From Nitrospirales bacterium (GTDB taxonomy: Bacteria > Nitrospirota > Nitrospiria > Nitrospirales > UBA8639), in assembly GCA_965203295.1 (NCBI GenBank), contig CBDBCZ010000011.1:224001-288000 (forward strand): a stretch of DNA of 64,000 nt, read 5' to 3'. The position numbers and the translations under genes were made by a program. Of this stretch, positions 22,264 to 54,585 are shown piece by piece. Position 1 is the stretch's first letter, and the number at the start of each line of letters is the position of its first letter. A model generated the notes under the pieces. The model saw only the letters and a list, made by a program, of their open reading frames with translations, did not search any database and was not told where the DNA came from.

Positions 22264-24537
22264 ATGGATCACCCACAGCAACCACATGATCGTAGCATAC
22301 GAATACTTAAAAATGACACCCTTGGCAGTGGGTCCTATGGAGTGGTCTGCAAAGCCATGTGGGGCCAACGTCTCTGTGCTGCCAAACTCCTACACCCCAT
22401 CTTCTTCCAATCCAATGACCCCGGTATCATGACAAGAAGGAGAAGGTTCGAGCAGGAGTGTCGCTTCCTCAACGACATGAAACACCCACACATAGTTGAG
22501 TATCTCGGGACCTCCCATGACCCTGACTCCGGCCTCCTAGTGTTACTCATGGAACTCATGGATGAAAGCCTCACCCACTTCCTCGAGCGATCCCAACAAC
22601 CACTGGCCTACCACATCGAGGTAGACCTGTGCCATGATATAGCCCAGGCACTAGTGTATATCCACTCCAAAGACATCATCCATCGCGACCTCTCCGGTAA
22701 TAATGTCCTGCTGCTTGCTGGCAGAGCTAAGATCACAGATTTTGGGATGTCAAAGCTTTTTGACTCACACCGATGTATGACATCCCTCACCGTGTGTCCA
22801 GGAACCACAGCCTACATGCCACCAGAGGCTCTCAATGAATCTCCCGTCTACTCCAAGAAAATCGACTGCTTCTCCTTTGGAGTGCTACAGATTCAAATCA
22901 TGACACGCCAGTTCCCTGACCCTGGTCCTGCCATGCGAGTGGTTGAAGACTCACGATCTCCAACCGCTACAAGCAAAATCCCTGTTCTTGACAGCAAGCG
23001 TCACAAATCCCACATTGATATCATTGACCCCACCCACACCCTCCTCGCAACAGCCCTCAGCTGCCTCAGCTACTCAGAGAAGGATCGACCTTCAGCCCAG
23101 GACCTCTGCCGACAGCTAGCTGCCTTCAAGGAGCCCCCTCGTTACCAGCTACAAATTCTACAGCGAGAACTTCAAGCCAAGCACCAACAACTGCAGGATA
23201 GTCAGAGACAGATCCAGCAACTTACGCACCAAGTAGAAGAGAAACAGCACATTATTGATGACAAAGACACTGCTACAAGAACTAAATCAACAGCTCCAAT
23301 CAACTGAACAAGTTACAGCAGAATTTCAGCGAAATCTCCTACAGCACGAGCAAACAAGCAAACAACTTCAAAAGACTGTTAGCCAACTGAGGGTGGAATC
23401 TTCAACAAGCTGTGGAAGAGAAACAGGCTGGTGAAAGGAGGCTACGAGAGGAAAACCAACAGCTGCCAATAATGCCACAAGTAGGAGCACAACCAGACGA
23501 GATTATATCCCCACCCAGGCTGGAATTACAACAATCCCAAGAGAAACAGCATATACCACTGAAAATGGCCAGCTACAACGAATGAAATGGCCAGGACCAC
23601 CACCGCAGAAAGCTGACATGCAACAGAAGGCAATAAAAAATATGAGATGGCAGGAAGAGCCCAAAGCACCACAAAAAATGTACAGAGGATCTGCAGCTGC
23701 AGATGCCAGCATGGCTTTCTTCAACGGGCGGGACTTTACAACAGTTCATAGTTACGACTCTAACGCACGGGAATGGCATCAGCTACCAGACACCCCCCAG
23801 ATCAACTGCACCCTAGTGGTGGTTCATCACATACTAACTATGGTGGGAGGACTGATATCAGGCAGGGCCACCGACTCCCTCCTCAGCCTCATGGGGGAAG
23901 GGAGGGAGAAAAAATGGCTGCCTAACCTCCCTGCAATGCCAACCAAGCATTACCACACTGCAGCCGTGTGCAGTAGCCGCTCCCTCATCGTCGCCGGAGG
24001 GGAGGATGGCAGCAACAAACTGGCTACAGTGGAAGTGTTGGACACCGACGCTCGGCAGTGGTCCATTGCTCTCTGACGCACCCCTTCACTGGGACTACCA
24101 TATTGATCTGTGGTGAGAGGCTGTACATGCTGGGTGGCTTCGATGATCAGACTGGCTATCAGCCAACACGCTCTGTCCTCAGCTGTTCTATACCAGAACT
24201 ACTCCAGTCCTGCCAAACACAGCCGCTAGCTTGGAAGCTACGAACAGCACCAACAAACCAGTCTACAATATGGCAGCATGTAGCTGATGTCCCTCACTAC
24301 GTGTCGTCCTGTGCCACCCTCTGTGGGCAGCTGGTTACCGTAGGAGGGTGGGAAGATGGCAAGAACACTACTGCCATTACTGTCTATAACGAAACTACTG
24401 ACTCCTGGGAAGCCATGGGAGACATGCCAATTGCTCGACGCCGGACACTAGTAGCCATCCTCAATGGGAAGATGATGGTGGTCGGAGGCAGGGTTGGACA
24501 CTGGACTGTAACTGATGTAGTAGAAATATTGTGTTGA
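22264..24537 (+). pseudogene. Intronless protein kinase (TKL-like) - coiled coil - Kelch repeat gene with about four frameshifts; kinase domain intact (ORF to 23307)
   Basis: LGSGSYGVV, CAAKLLH, HRDLSGNNVLL, ITDFGMSK, GTTAYMPPE, DCFSFGV, then a Q-rich coiled coil and Kelch GG motifs (LTMVGG, LIVAGG, LYMLGG, LVTVGG, MMVVGG). Frame changes near 23270, 23397, 23565 and 24070 with no introns. Confidence 0.8.
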
Positions 24538-25355
24538 ACTAAAACTTGTTTTCTTGTTATTCCTGTTTCCAGCTGTTGTAAGACATTTTATAAGTGCTCT
24601 CAAGTTTGGGAGGGGTAATTTTTTTTTGGGTTAGTTCATAGCTCTTCTACTATACCAGCATATTCAGAGCCTCATTCCTCGCATGAGAGCCTGGGAATGA
24701 GGCTAATTCTTGTGGAAATGAAAACACACTTGACGTATGGCACGATTCCAAGCCTTGAAGATGAATGGTTCTTAGTCCATTGCTTTGCCAACCACTAGCT
24801 ATGCTGTGTTGTTTGTGTAATAGAGAAAGAGAGACAGATGTGAGATTTTTTTGAGTTGTGCTATGAAGAAGCGTTTGCACAACTCACCGGCCGGGTATGA
24901 CAGTAGGGAGAAGGCTATAAGCAGAAGTGGCAAGTTAAAATGAACTGTAGGACCCGTTACATTGGATCAAGGGGCAAAAAGACTACAATTGGATTATGAG
25001 TTGCCAAAAGTCGGCCTATTCCACTGTGACTCAGCTCCCCTTCAACCATTGGTACCTAGTAGGAGCTGTCTATGGAGCTACAGGACTGAAAGCTGCTAGA
25101 TTTACTGGAAGGTCTCCATTTCCTAGTAGTATCTAATTACGTTTTCTATACTACATACTAACTCACTTTGGCGACTGTTACAATGGTATGGTTAGTGCAT
25201 ACACGCGTACGCATGCGCATAAATATTGAGGCAGTGCAGTACCCGGTACGACGCAAACGTCAGTGACGAAATGATACGTAAGTACAGTGCACGATATTTT
25301 GGGGAGGCTAGCAAACGAACATAAGACCTGACTTTTTTTTTTTGAAGACACCGGT

Positions 25356-28300
25356 ATGGCTCAAGGTAAGATGCCCAGGCTATACGATTGCAGTATATGC
25401 CTGTATCAAGGACGCAGCGTATATTTATTGCTGCCATGTCTGTCATGAGCCTCGAGTATAATTATATCTCTCTGTCGCTGTAATACTGGCAAGTGTTGAG
25501 GTCACTTGACCAGCAATTTCAATATCAAATTTCTCAACAGTCTCACCGAATGTTTGCCACACAAACGCGCATGCATGTATGTATGTAAATATGTATATAC
25601 ATGCACCTTCACCTGCATGTACAGCTCCAGATCCGAAACAGCAAGTAGTCCGGAACTGGATGCCAGTCCCCCAGACCACCATCTCGGGCTGCCCCCCTGG
25701 TCTGGAGTACCTCACCCAGATCGACCAACTCCTCGTGCACCAGCAAGTCCGAGCGATTGCTAAAAGTAAGTTTTATAAGTTCCCGGTGGCCTAGCCCTTT
25801 AGACACATACATGTATTATCGGAGTGTGGTGATGGTCATCAGTGTTATAAGTCTATGTACGTCCAGTTTGCTCAATGGTACAAGTTCCATGGAGGCAGGT
25901 TTCCGAAAAAAGGTGTACTTCATCATAATTATTGCATGGTCTCTCCCTTGCAGTGATTTCTTGGCGTGCCACTGAGAAAAGGTATCGTATCTGTAATGCA
26001 CTTGGACAGGATATTTACCTTGCCGCCGAACGTGAGTGCTAAGGAATGCTATATATACATCCGCTAGATCTATATACGTATAGTAACCACGATTTATTAC
26101 CCTTATCAGTTATAGTAATAGTATGTAACAATATTCTTGTGCATGCATGTGTACTGAGACACTATGTAGTTGGCAGAATGTGGATTGTGTCAGTTGAGCA
26201 TGCACGAGACTATAGCCGTGCACCGTGCTTAGAAGTGCTCTGACCGGCCTGAAGTTTTTCTTGCCTTGAGTCCATCTTCACTCAATAGTATTTCTTGTGT
26301 GTGTTGTATGTGGAGGGAGGGAAGCCTATAGCTATGCATGAAGCACTGTAGTGAGTTGTGGGAGCATTGGGCGTGACTAATTGTGAATACTACTTCCTAA
26401 AATAGACAATTCTATAACTGCTGTACTTCCCCTCTACATACCACCCAAGTCCATGCAACCTGTAAACCTTCTTGTACTAGTAAAGCTACTTTGGTATTCC
26501 CTGTGGTCAATACAGTGTTCCCAGTGAAGAGACCAAAATGTCATTTGAGCACCAAAAAAAACAGTTTATTGTCTACATAACTTTCAAAAGTTTCATTACA
26601 ATGCAGAAAACATACAAGTGCTCAAGGGAGGCTTTATAGGTCAGAGGTGTAGCTAAGGGTCGGATTTGCAATGTAGCAGCATCATGTTATAGCATAAACA
26701 CTGTAATTAGAATCTGAATTTGTAATTTATATAATTATGGCAAGTAGCTACACTATATGGAATGTACCAGCTCACATGAATCCACCCTCATGAAATTCAA
26801 CACTCAACTTTCCTCATGGTTAATTATATGAATTGTATATTGAATCCATATATACATACTAATTAAACACTGTATTAGAGTTAATCCGTTACTTAGTATT
26901 AGCTTTTAGTTTCAGCATAATTACGATAATTTTAATAATAGTTATAACAGTGAATAAGCTAGGTACCATTGACAAGTGGTTTGCTGTCTGAGTTGCAGAG
27001 GGGGTTTTAAGAATGAAAAATAACAGTAGTGTTGTGTCTGTAATGGTAACATGTTTTCACATTCTCTAACTAAGAATGCGGAAAACAATCTAATCAGTAT
27101 CCATGCATGTAATTTGTTTACAGATTTGAAACTTAAACAACAACCCACTAGTCGATAGGACAGTTCTATTTTTGATGTGTGCAAGCTTTATGAAGAGTAA
27201 TCTCTGATTCACCCACACAATGGGCTACGAAGAACAGATGTGTACTAAGTGTAGTCCAAGTTGTTGATCTAGAGTTGTTCATAGAACTCCTATACCTAAT
27301 GCTATCTTGATTTAGATACATGTATGAATGTGCATACTAAGTCTAGTATGAATACGTACGTGTCCTCCTGAACCTACGTATGCCCAGCCTCAGTTCTAAG
27401 TTGTTGGTCATATTAAAATGTTGGATGATACCGCTGTTAGTGATGAATATTTAGCAAGCATCATTTTCTACCATCATTCAAGGTATAGCTCCGTGAGTGG
27501 CTCACTCATATATGCCCCTGAAGTTCAGCCAGGTCTTTAGCTCCATAATACCTCGACATTGCAACCTAAAGCTAGAAATACCTCCATGATGCGTATGTAC
27601 CCTCTTTATATGTTTTTAGTTTCTTTACCTCTGCATGCAGAGTCCAACTATGACGATAGGCAGTACTGGGGCCCATTAGGCCCCCTTGTGATGAGCATTG
27701 CAGACAGTACTCAGAGGGAGGTAAGAGCCCCTACACATGTAGCTACGTAGCTGTTTTCCTGTGCAATCTGAAACCAGGGTAGGCCACGTATGTGGCAGTC
27801 CCAGGAAGAAAGCGAATGTTATCCCGCTGCATATATTGATCACGTCACTGCATTTGAACGTGACATCTCGTTATGAAGCTACTCAAATACGTTGTGTGAA
27901 TGCCGCAACTATCGACGCTAGTATACACACCACAATTATGGGTCCCTCCTTTAAGGTTAGCCCAACCGAAAGTGACGACTCCGCCCACATCAGCCAGTAG
28001 TCATGGAAAAGTATGTATAAAAGTGTATTGAGCATACGTTCGTAAATACGTAGTGCAGAATCTGTTGCGGTAAATCCTAGGACTCTCGAGCTACTTGTAG
28101 GTCTGATTCACAGTTGTACTAAAGCTTTCAAATGGCCTGCATGTCCTAGAGAACACACAGAGCTGACTTTACAAATCCAGAATCCTGGCCATTACTCTCT
28201 AATAAAGAGCTATAAGTCTTCATTCTCGATGTCTGGACATGTATCCTATAGACCTACAGATACAGCTGTGGCTGTAGCAGCATCGATCTGTCCCTTGGAT

Positions 28301-31300
28301 TTACCACAACTGTGTTTTGAGCTGGTGAAAGAATATAGCGCCTGCACGGCAAAAAGATTGCACGCATAAACTTTTTGATTCTGGGCTTTCTCCATTCTTT
28401 ATACTCTAGCCCTGCATAGTTTTTGTGGCCTTCATTGCCATGTTGTCAAGCTATGGGCGTCAAAACCGTAAATGGTCATGAAGTTTTAATATTTCTCCTT
28501 TACCGGTTGGGCCTGATCTTTAACTAAAGTTCAGAGATATCGCATTTGAAACACAATGACTCAAAAAAAAACACGACAAAAATAATGCTTGAGATTGCCA
28601 CATTTTTATGTTACAGTCAACTCGACCTGCAAGACTTTGCCAGTTAAAAAGGTAGATCCACTACTTGACTTAATTGTAGGCAAATGTCATACACTTTCAA
28701 TTCACCCGCATGTACCTGCATGTGCTCTTCAGTGTTCTTTTGCTGATTCTATGATCAAAATCAAACAAAAAATTACATTCATTCAGGTGCACTAACTATT
28801 CAAAACTCATCGTATCAGGTTCCATCCTCCTTTCTCTGTCCTCTAACTAACACCTACTGTTACTCCTTCCCTCTCCTCCCGTCTCAGGTGATCCACCTTA
28901 AGCACTGTTCCTGTTGCCTGTGCTTCTGCTGCCTCCAGCACATTGAGGTGCAGTCCCCTCCGGGTTCCGTCATCGGCTACATTGACGAGGATTTCTCCTT
29001 GACGTACCCCTGGTTCTCCATCAAGGATGCCACCAGAGAAACCCAGCTGAAGATCAGGGGGTTCGAAAGCTGTTGTGAACTTTGCTCCCAATTGAGTGAG
29101 GCAGAGTTTGAGGTGGGTCTACACACTGGTTGGCATATGTTGTTGTTTTTTTTTTCGAGGCATGCATGTGTAAAGCGCCTGGAAGCCTGGTTCTATATAT
29201 AATGATTATTTTTGTTTGTCTGTTTGTGTGTCCACGTGCACAATATTACATTATACATTATTAGTAGTCTATTATAGCTTTTGGGGTTTGTAGGCCAACT
29301 ACATGATAATTTGGTCCACAGCCAGTCATCTCACGTATTAAGGATCTCTCCAGTTGTTGTCTATATATCTGTACCAGCCATATGTCTACCAATATTATTT
29401 GGTGTGTTTCACTGAGGTAAAATCTTTTTTTTTGGTTAACACAACACTGCCATTAATTTCAGCATTCTGTACGATTAGTTAATCTTGTATAGTGAGCCTG
29501 TCACTGTAGCTAGGTCTTTATAGTATGTTTAGTCATTTACATAATGTTTGGTGTGAAACTGAATTTGTACATATAGTTGAACTATACATTACCCTTGCTC
29601 ATAGGTGCTCTCAGCTGATGGGACTCGACCAGTTGGTAAGATCACCAAGCAGTGGTCTGGACTGTCCCAGGCTAACAAGTTTGGCATCCAGTGTGAGTGT
29701 TGACAAACACAATTATGATATTTTTTTATAGTGGAATTTCCTGAAATGTGTCTTGAAGGAAAGTTGCATAGGATGAGGCACAACTTCAATCAAGACCAAA
29801 AAATTCAGCTCAAGACAGTTAAGATGGCCTTAATTCTGGATTGCATCAAAAAAAACACCAAAGTGCCTACTGTTTCTTTAGCAATAGCTAAGTATAGAGA
29901 GGTTTATAATACTTTTACTCTACATAAATCAATTGGACTGTAATTGAAAATGAAAATCAATCGGTGTGTTACCGTGGTAATACAACGGCTTCCGTTAAAT
30001 GGCGTCTTAATTAAAAGTTCCTTAACTGCATATTTTGCCATTCGCCACTACGAAATCGTGCTTAAACTTTGACTTCGGCCCGGTGATACGTATGTTACAA
30101 CAGTGAAGTTTTCATGTCTAGAACAGCATGGCTCTGCAAGTGGGTCACCTTCAGCTGCACTATACTCAGTGGTGCAGCTAGAGTCTGAGCATTTCCTGGG
30201 CACTGGCTGGGCATGGGTTACATAGCACAGAAATTTTGTGGTTGCACATCACTTTTGCCCCACAGCTACCATGTAACTCTGAAATTTCAAACGCGATCCT
30301 TGCATTGTCAAAGCAATTTAGGTCACGCTTGGTAGTACTGTCCAAGGAAGATCCGGTCTACCTGCTGCTTAGCCTCGTATCCAGTTGCTACTGGCTATTA
30401 AAAGTGTTGTAGTAGGCCCGGTACCTGTTTCTTGTCAATCCGGCCATGCCCATTTGGTATGAGACACGTTTTTTCGGGTATGCACACATTGTACCTGGGC
30501 CTGTGCTCTCTTGTTGCCCCGGGTGCAACTACAGCACTGACAGTGCTATGCTCTCACAGAGCCATACGAAGCATTTTTCTTTTGGTCAGGTGGGTAGTGG
30601 AGCACGACATATTCCCACATTAAAAGTTTGGATCTTTGGACTTTCTCAGATCGTTTCTAGTGCAATCTTGGAGCAGAATTGGACAACGTGCTGCCAAACC
30701 TAGCCTTTGTGCTTGAAACCCAGCTTTACAGGCATTGCTCCACTTTGCTTTCAGATCAGACTATATTTGACTGCACACGCATTGTGACGTCACTTCCTGT
30801 GAATGAGCGTACTGTACCGTTTATGCATCCTGTAGTGCTAGTGATGTTTACGAGTTTCTTGAGTGCTTTAGGCCCCTCTTTCCAGTACGTAAAAACAATG
30901 GAGTTAAAAGCTGGCTCCCGCTTTGTTTTCACTAAAAACATCTTCTCAGCCTCGTATTGTATATGAAGGTGAGCAGAAGGCTGTGTTTTTGGCGACATTA
31001 TAGTGCAGCCAACTGAACGTGTCATACCACTGAGCACAAAAACTCCTCTCCTCACCCTTTGAACCAAATGTTGCTTGGGAAAATATAAACGCTTTCGTCA
31101 GTTGAAACTGCTCAGCAGTGAACAGCCATGTCGACGGTACTTAATTATACTGGTGGATTAATTCATTGCATATATTGTACTACACACGCACACGCACACG
31201 CACACGCACACGCACACGCACACGCACACGCACACGCACACGCACACGCACACGCACACGCACACGCACACGCACACGCACACGCACACGCACACGCACA

Positions 31301-32236
31301 CGCACACGCACACACACACAGTCCCCATGGACCTCGATGTGAAGATGAAGGCAGTCATGCTGGGGGCCTGCTTCCTCGTTGTGAGTTGATAATGGTGTCA
31401 CGGTATGAGAAAAGGCACACGATTCAATACCAATTACAAGTACGGGTGCATAATCTAAAATTAGGTCTGGTCTCACATTCATACTTAGGCAACACGAAAT
31501 TGGTTTCATATTTCATGGACAGACACGAGCAGGCTTCTAGACAGATGAAACAATGGTATTAGTACACTACTGAAGCTATCGGAAATAGAAATTACGTACT
31601 TTTTACCAGCCGTTCGCGCGCTGCGTACGAACAGCTGGTCCTATGATTGCTTTATGTTTTCTTGCCATTGCTATGTCATTAAACACAACAGTTAACAATG
31701 ATGCAATTTTTAAGGAAGACACGTGCGCATCCCCCTGCTTTCTGTATTTGGGAGGGGGGGGGGTACTTACCATGAAGAAGGCTTCTCCATGCATGCTCTG
31801 CTCTCACTAAGGGAGGTCTAGCTTGATAGACAGCTGGTCTACGTGTACGTATATTTTTTTGCTGGGAGGTGGAGACTTTTTGGGATATTACACAGATGTA
31901 TCCGAAAACAAATGGCATGCAAACCATGTATAGGGGATATGTATGGGGAGAGCAAAGAATTTAGAGATGGATCCTGGTGGATTTTGGCAGCTATCGACTT
32001 GTAATTTGTAATATTGATTGACAACTCTGCTCTTGTCCAGTAATATGTTGTCAGTGCTATAGTGCTAGTGCATCTGAACATACATGAAGTACCACTCATC
32101 AGTTATAAATACTGCTTCTTCTCTTTTTTTTTTCTAGGACTTCATGTTTTTTCAGCAGGAGAATGATCAGATGTACAGAGAGGACTGGGGAATTCCACTT
32201 ATAGGAACCGTCGTAGGCCTAAGATCCCTTTTATAA
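25356..32236 (+). CDS. PLSCR: Phospholipid scramblase, copy A (divergent, 259 aa)
   Basis: Exons 25356-25365, 25625-25765, 25954-26031, 27641-27720, 28888-29112, 29605-29692, 31322-31380, 32138-32236 (780 nt, open). Motifs [71 protein letters not shown]. Confidence 0.85.
27955..28519. mobile_element. TTAA-flanked non-autonomous DNA transposon (Kolobok-like), imperfect TIRs
   Basis: TTAA|GGTTAGCCCAACCG ... CGGTTGGGCCTGATCT|TTAA. Confidence 0.55.
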
Positions 32237-32305
32237 ACTGCACCTCGGGAAACCATGAACAAAGTCCTACTGCCACGAACAACATAGAGAAACTTTAGTG
32301 ACATT
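32232..32305 (-). pseudogene. Relic of EPHX-like exon 2 (HGFPE exon) with a 16-nt deletion
   Basis: tataaactgcacctc.gg.aa.ccatg.acaaa...gtc.tactgcc.cga.caac.tag aligns to 12042-12125. Confidence 0.7.
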
Positions 32306-32309
32306 TGTT

Positions 32310-33090
32310 TAGGTGCATTTTAAGAGAGGTTGCTGCTCTTCTAAAACGGTTGATAAAGCAGTAAGGGGGATATGGGGTTTTGAATGGCAGCTAGGGATAG
32401 CTGGTGTAAAGAAATTCAGTAGTTTGGAGAGTGGGAAATAGGCTAGATTATTAGTAGACAGCGAGTGGGAAGTGAAGTCACGTAGAGGTAGGCAGAGGAA
32501 GACGTGGAGGAAAGTAATTAGTGAATTGTTGCTGCAGTTGTCAACAGTCAGGAAATATTCGCTGAAGATTACAGTGTAAATCTGTTTTAAATAATTAAGA
32601 GAGTATATGAGATATAAAGACATTAATTATGAGTGAGTTTGTGCAAGTCTTTATGTAAGGAAACAGAATCTAAGAATTACTTGCAGGGGGCGGGGATCCA
32701 GAAACACAATTATTGATGTTTTAAGTTTATAGGTCGATCGAGTACTAACAATATGTGGGGAGGAATGTGAAAGTGTAGTACATGTGCTCTGGGAGTGTTC
32801 TGTGTATGATACCATCAAGGTATACTTTCGTGAAAGAATTATATAGACAAGCTGTTGTGGGGGGAGTTTTGAAGAGTCTATAAGAGAACAGGCTTTATTC
32901 AAAGTGTGAGAATTGGGATAGGTATGACTTTAATGCTTTGTTAAGAGTTTTCTATTATTAATCTAGGATACTAAATAATACGGTGATCAGGATGGTCTAA
33001 ACATCTAGTTGCTCTTCTGATCTGAGCAAATGTGAAGGATTTGTGGAAATAGTCTGTACTGGTTTGTGGTATTTATGAATAGCTTGCTGT
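32310..33090 (-). mobile_element. Degenerate LINE (reverse transcriptase C-terminal region) fragment; related pieces at ~21940-22030, ~37400-37740, ~51300-51690
   Basis: Interrupted LINE-like translation; shared strings (gtagaggtaggcagaggaagac; gtgtgagaattggga; ttaagagttt; gttgctctt) among these loci. Confidence 0.45.
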
Positions 33091-33363
33091 GCCCCCGAGC
33101 CTTCCTCCTTCCCATTCTAGCATTTGTTTTAGGTTTCGCAGCCAAACTGGGTCAGCAATCGTTTCTGCAGTCCCAATAACAAAATCTGGAATAAAATTAT
33201 AGGCAAACAGTCAAAGTTCGCGGATATGAGCGCGAGGCGCGCGCAAGGTTGAACTTTGACCTGGCTTGGGCCGCCCGCCGGCGCCCGACCGGCCAAGCGC
33301 ACCGCACGTACGTTGCATTCGTCATTCTGATTCTAGTCATTCAGTGACAGTGAAGATATCGAA

Positions 33364-46091
<12,728 letters not shown>

Positions 46092-46596
46092 AGCAGATAC
46101 TGGGTCATATTATGCAAGAGAGTAATGTATCCAGCAGGCATGTATACACAACCGTTGTTCAAACTATGTAACTGGTCATGTTTAAAACAGTACATGACAT
46201 TGTATGGTTGTAAGCATTGTATGCAAATCTCACTCTACCGAAACTATTTGCTGTATCTGGTTTGTGGTTCCCCTAATTGCTATTGCTTTCAGTTGTCTTT
46301 CATCTTCTCCAAATTTTTTTAGGACGTGGCTATTGCATGGTCAGCAGAAACGCATACATGTGAATGGGCAATGTTTGCACTAGCCTGTATCTCAGTACAG
46401 GCTGTCATAACTCAGCTTGCTCTAGACACAACGGCTAGCCTCTAGGCCCTATCCTAACCCTATAACCCTCAAGTAATAGTATTTTTTTTTAAATTAAAAG
46501 TGTTCGTAGAGCAGCCTGTATGCAGTATACTTCAGGCTATATGACTTCTAATGTTCACTACGTACATCACTGGAAGCCACGAAAGGAGGTACGGTA

Positions 46597-46718
46597 TGGG
46601 TCTTCACTGGCTCTCTGGCCTGCAGCTTCCATCTCTCGAGGAAGAAGAAGCGGTAGTGGTCGGGAGAAGGTATACTTGTAGGCCTCAAGGACGTCTGGAG
46701 GGAAGGCAGCTTCCCTGC
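46597..46718 (-). pseudogene. Relic of EPHX-like exon 9 with a 26-nt deletion
   Basis: gtcttcactggctctctggcctgcagct.ccatctctcgag...ggacgtctggagggaaggcagcttc aligns to 5904-6043; the deletion is bounded by TGG microhomology. Confidence 0.85.
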
Positions 46719-47076
46719 ACCGTGTTGTTTATGGCAGTGCCTCTTAGACTACTGATGTTCAGCACAGAGAGCTAGCGTGTATATCACGGTGGTTGGTACG
46801 AACTGATACGTTGTGCTAGCCTATAGTAGTTAAACTGTCTGACTGACTATCAACCCAGGGTATAAAAGCAACCTGCTGAAGTAACTGGAACGTGGATGGA
46901 AGGAGCTGCGTTGTACGTACATGCATAGATAATATGGTACATGCATGTACGTATGCGTTTTTGGCGCGAGCATACAAAGTTGGTGGGCGTCGGCAGGAGG
47001 GGCGCGCGCAAACTTGTGGAGGCGTCCGGCCAACATATTAATTGACAGATGTGGGTGTGAAAGGCTTTATGAAGAA

Positions 47077-52925
<5,849 letters not shown>

Positions 52926-54434
52926 TTAATTACAGCAGTTTTTGGAGAGTGGTATTCACCAAGTAGTTGTACTTATGTAAAACTGACAGATCAAATTACA
53001 AACAGATACCATACTTCCAATTCCAATCTGTTCTTATTGTTAGTACATGTATTAATTATTTTTATGAGACTGCAATTGCATTCATGGTGTCCTTGGACAC
53101 ATTTTAAGGCTTGTACGTTCTACGATGCAATACAGTTGCAACCCCTCTTAATTAAAGGACACCTCTGTATTAATTAATGACACTTTACTACATGTATGTT
53201 CCAAATATGTTTACTACTGAAATGAAGACACTTCACCAGGACCCCAAGGTGTCCGGTTCCACTGTGTACAGGACACTTCACCAGGTCCCCAAGATGTCCA
53301 CAATAGAGAGGTTCCATGGCCACTGTATATTACATGTATAAAGTGATCACCTCCAGGGGTGTCAGGCTGAATAATCAACAGGGGCACACTGCCCCCCTCC
53401 CCCTCCAAATTATGATAATTATTATGATAATTAATGCTGTACAAGATAGTGTTGGGTGGTCAGCTATAGCTGTTAGCTAAAACATGCACACTAGATTCAA
53501 TCTCCACGTTATCACCGTGCCAAAAGTGAAGTTTCCTGATTTTACTACGTGCGACATAAAAGCTGGGCAGTACATGTATATAGCATTGGAACGAGGCTAT
53601 TATGAAGAGCCATACAAGGATTGAGGCAAATATACAGAATCTGATCCATAATACATGTACAGGGTTAATGGGAGTTCCAAGGGGCATCATGCCAATATCC
53701 TGTATGCGCTCGTGCTCGCTATCTGCATGTGGTGTGTTTGGTTTCTATATCTTCCGCGAGAGTCCCTGTCTCTGCCTGAGCTGCTGTCATGCCACGCCCC
53801 CCCCCACCACGGGGACTCCCGTCCCTAGACCTCCTCTCGTAGTAGTCTCTGGCTCTCTGTCTCGGAGGGGGCGGGGATCGCGAGGGGGACCTCCTCCCGC
53901 TGACGGGGGAACGGCTTCTACTCCTGCCTCGAGGTCTGTCTGACCTTGTCGCTGTCTTTTCCTTTGTAAACCTGTTTCATCTCGGTCGTCTGGGCCGTGT
54001 TTCGTGCGTGTACACCGGGCTTCACTTTCACTTTCAGAAACCGAGTAGCCTTTCTTCTCAGTCACTAGCTTGGCAATGGTCAGCCAGTGATATTATGCCA
54101 CTTCCAGTGATTGCATCTACTGTACATGGTTTGTATTCCTCATCTTTCAGCCTGTAACAACCAGTCACAATCATCTTTGATTTCACAGCAGATTTACATG
54201 TCATATACATGCAATGTGCTTCAGTAAAACCACACACTTTACATCATGTACAGGTATGTAATGCTGTGACTATCACTGACACACAGTAGCATGAAGCCAG
54301 GCTCCTGGCTTGGGTTTTCCAATGTGCAATAAAACAACGTTGGACAGTGGAGCCTGAGAACAAGACTAGGAACAATGTAGCATAGCTGTTGTCTACCATA
54401 TATGTATGCTGTTGCAATTTCTCCAAACAGCATA

Positions 54435-54585
54435 CATGTATGCATTTCTAGGAACAATGTAACATAGCTGTGGCTACAATACATGTATGCATTTCTAGGA
54501 ACAATGTAACATAGCTGTGGCTACAATACATGTATGCATTTCTAGGAACAATGTAACATAGCTGTGGCTACAATACATGTATGCT
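54435..54585. repeat. 47-bp tandem repeat (~3 copies plus degenerate flanks)
   Basis: CATGTATGCATTTCTAGGAACAATGTAACATAGCTGTGGCTACAATA repeated at 54435, 54482 and 54529. Confidence 0.85.

Noticed and set aside
23260..24080. Programmed ribosomal frameshifting in the kinase-Kelch gene
   Set aside because: About four separate shifts with no evident slippery heptamer or stimulatory structure; mutation or consensus error is simpler.
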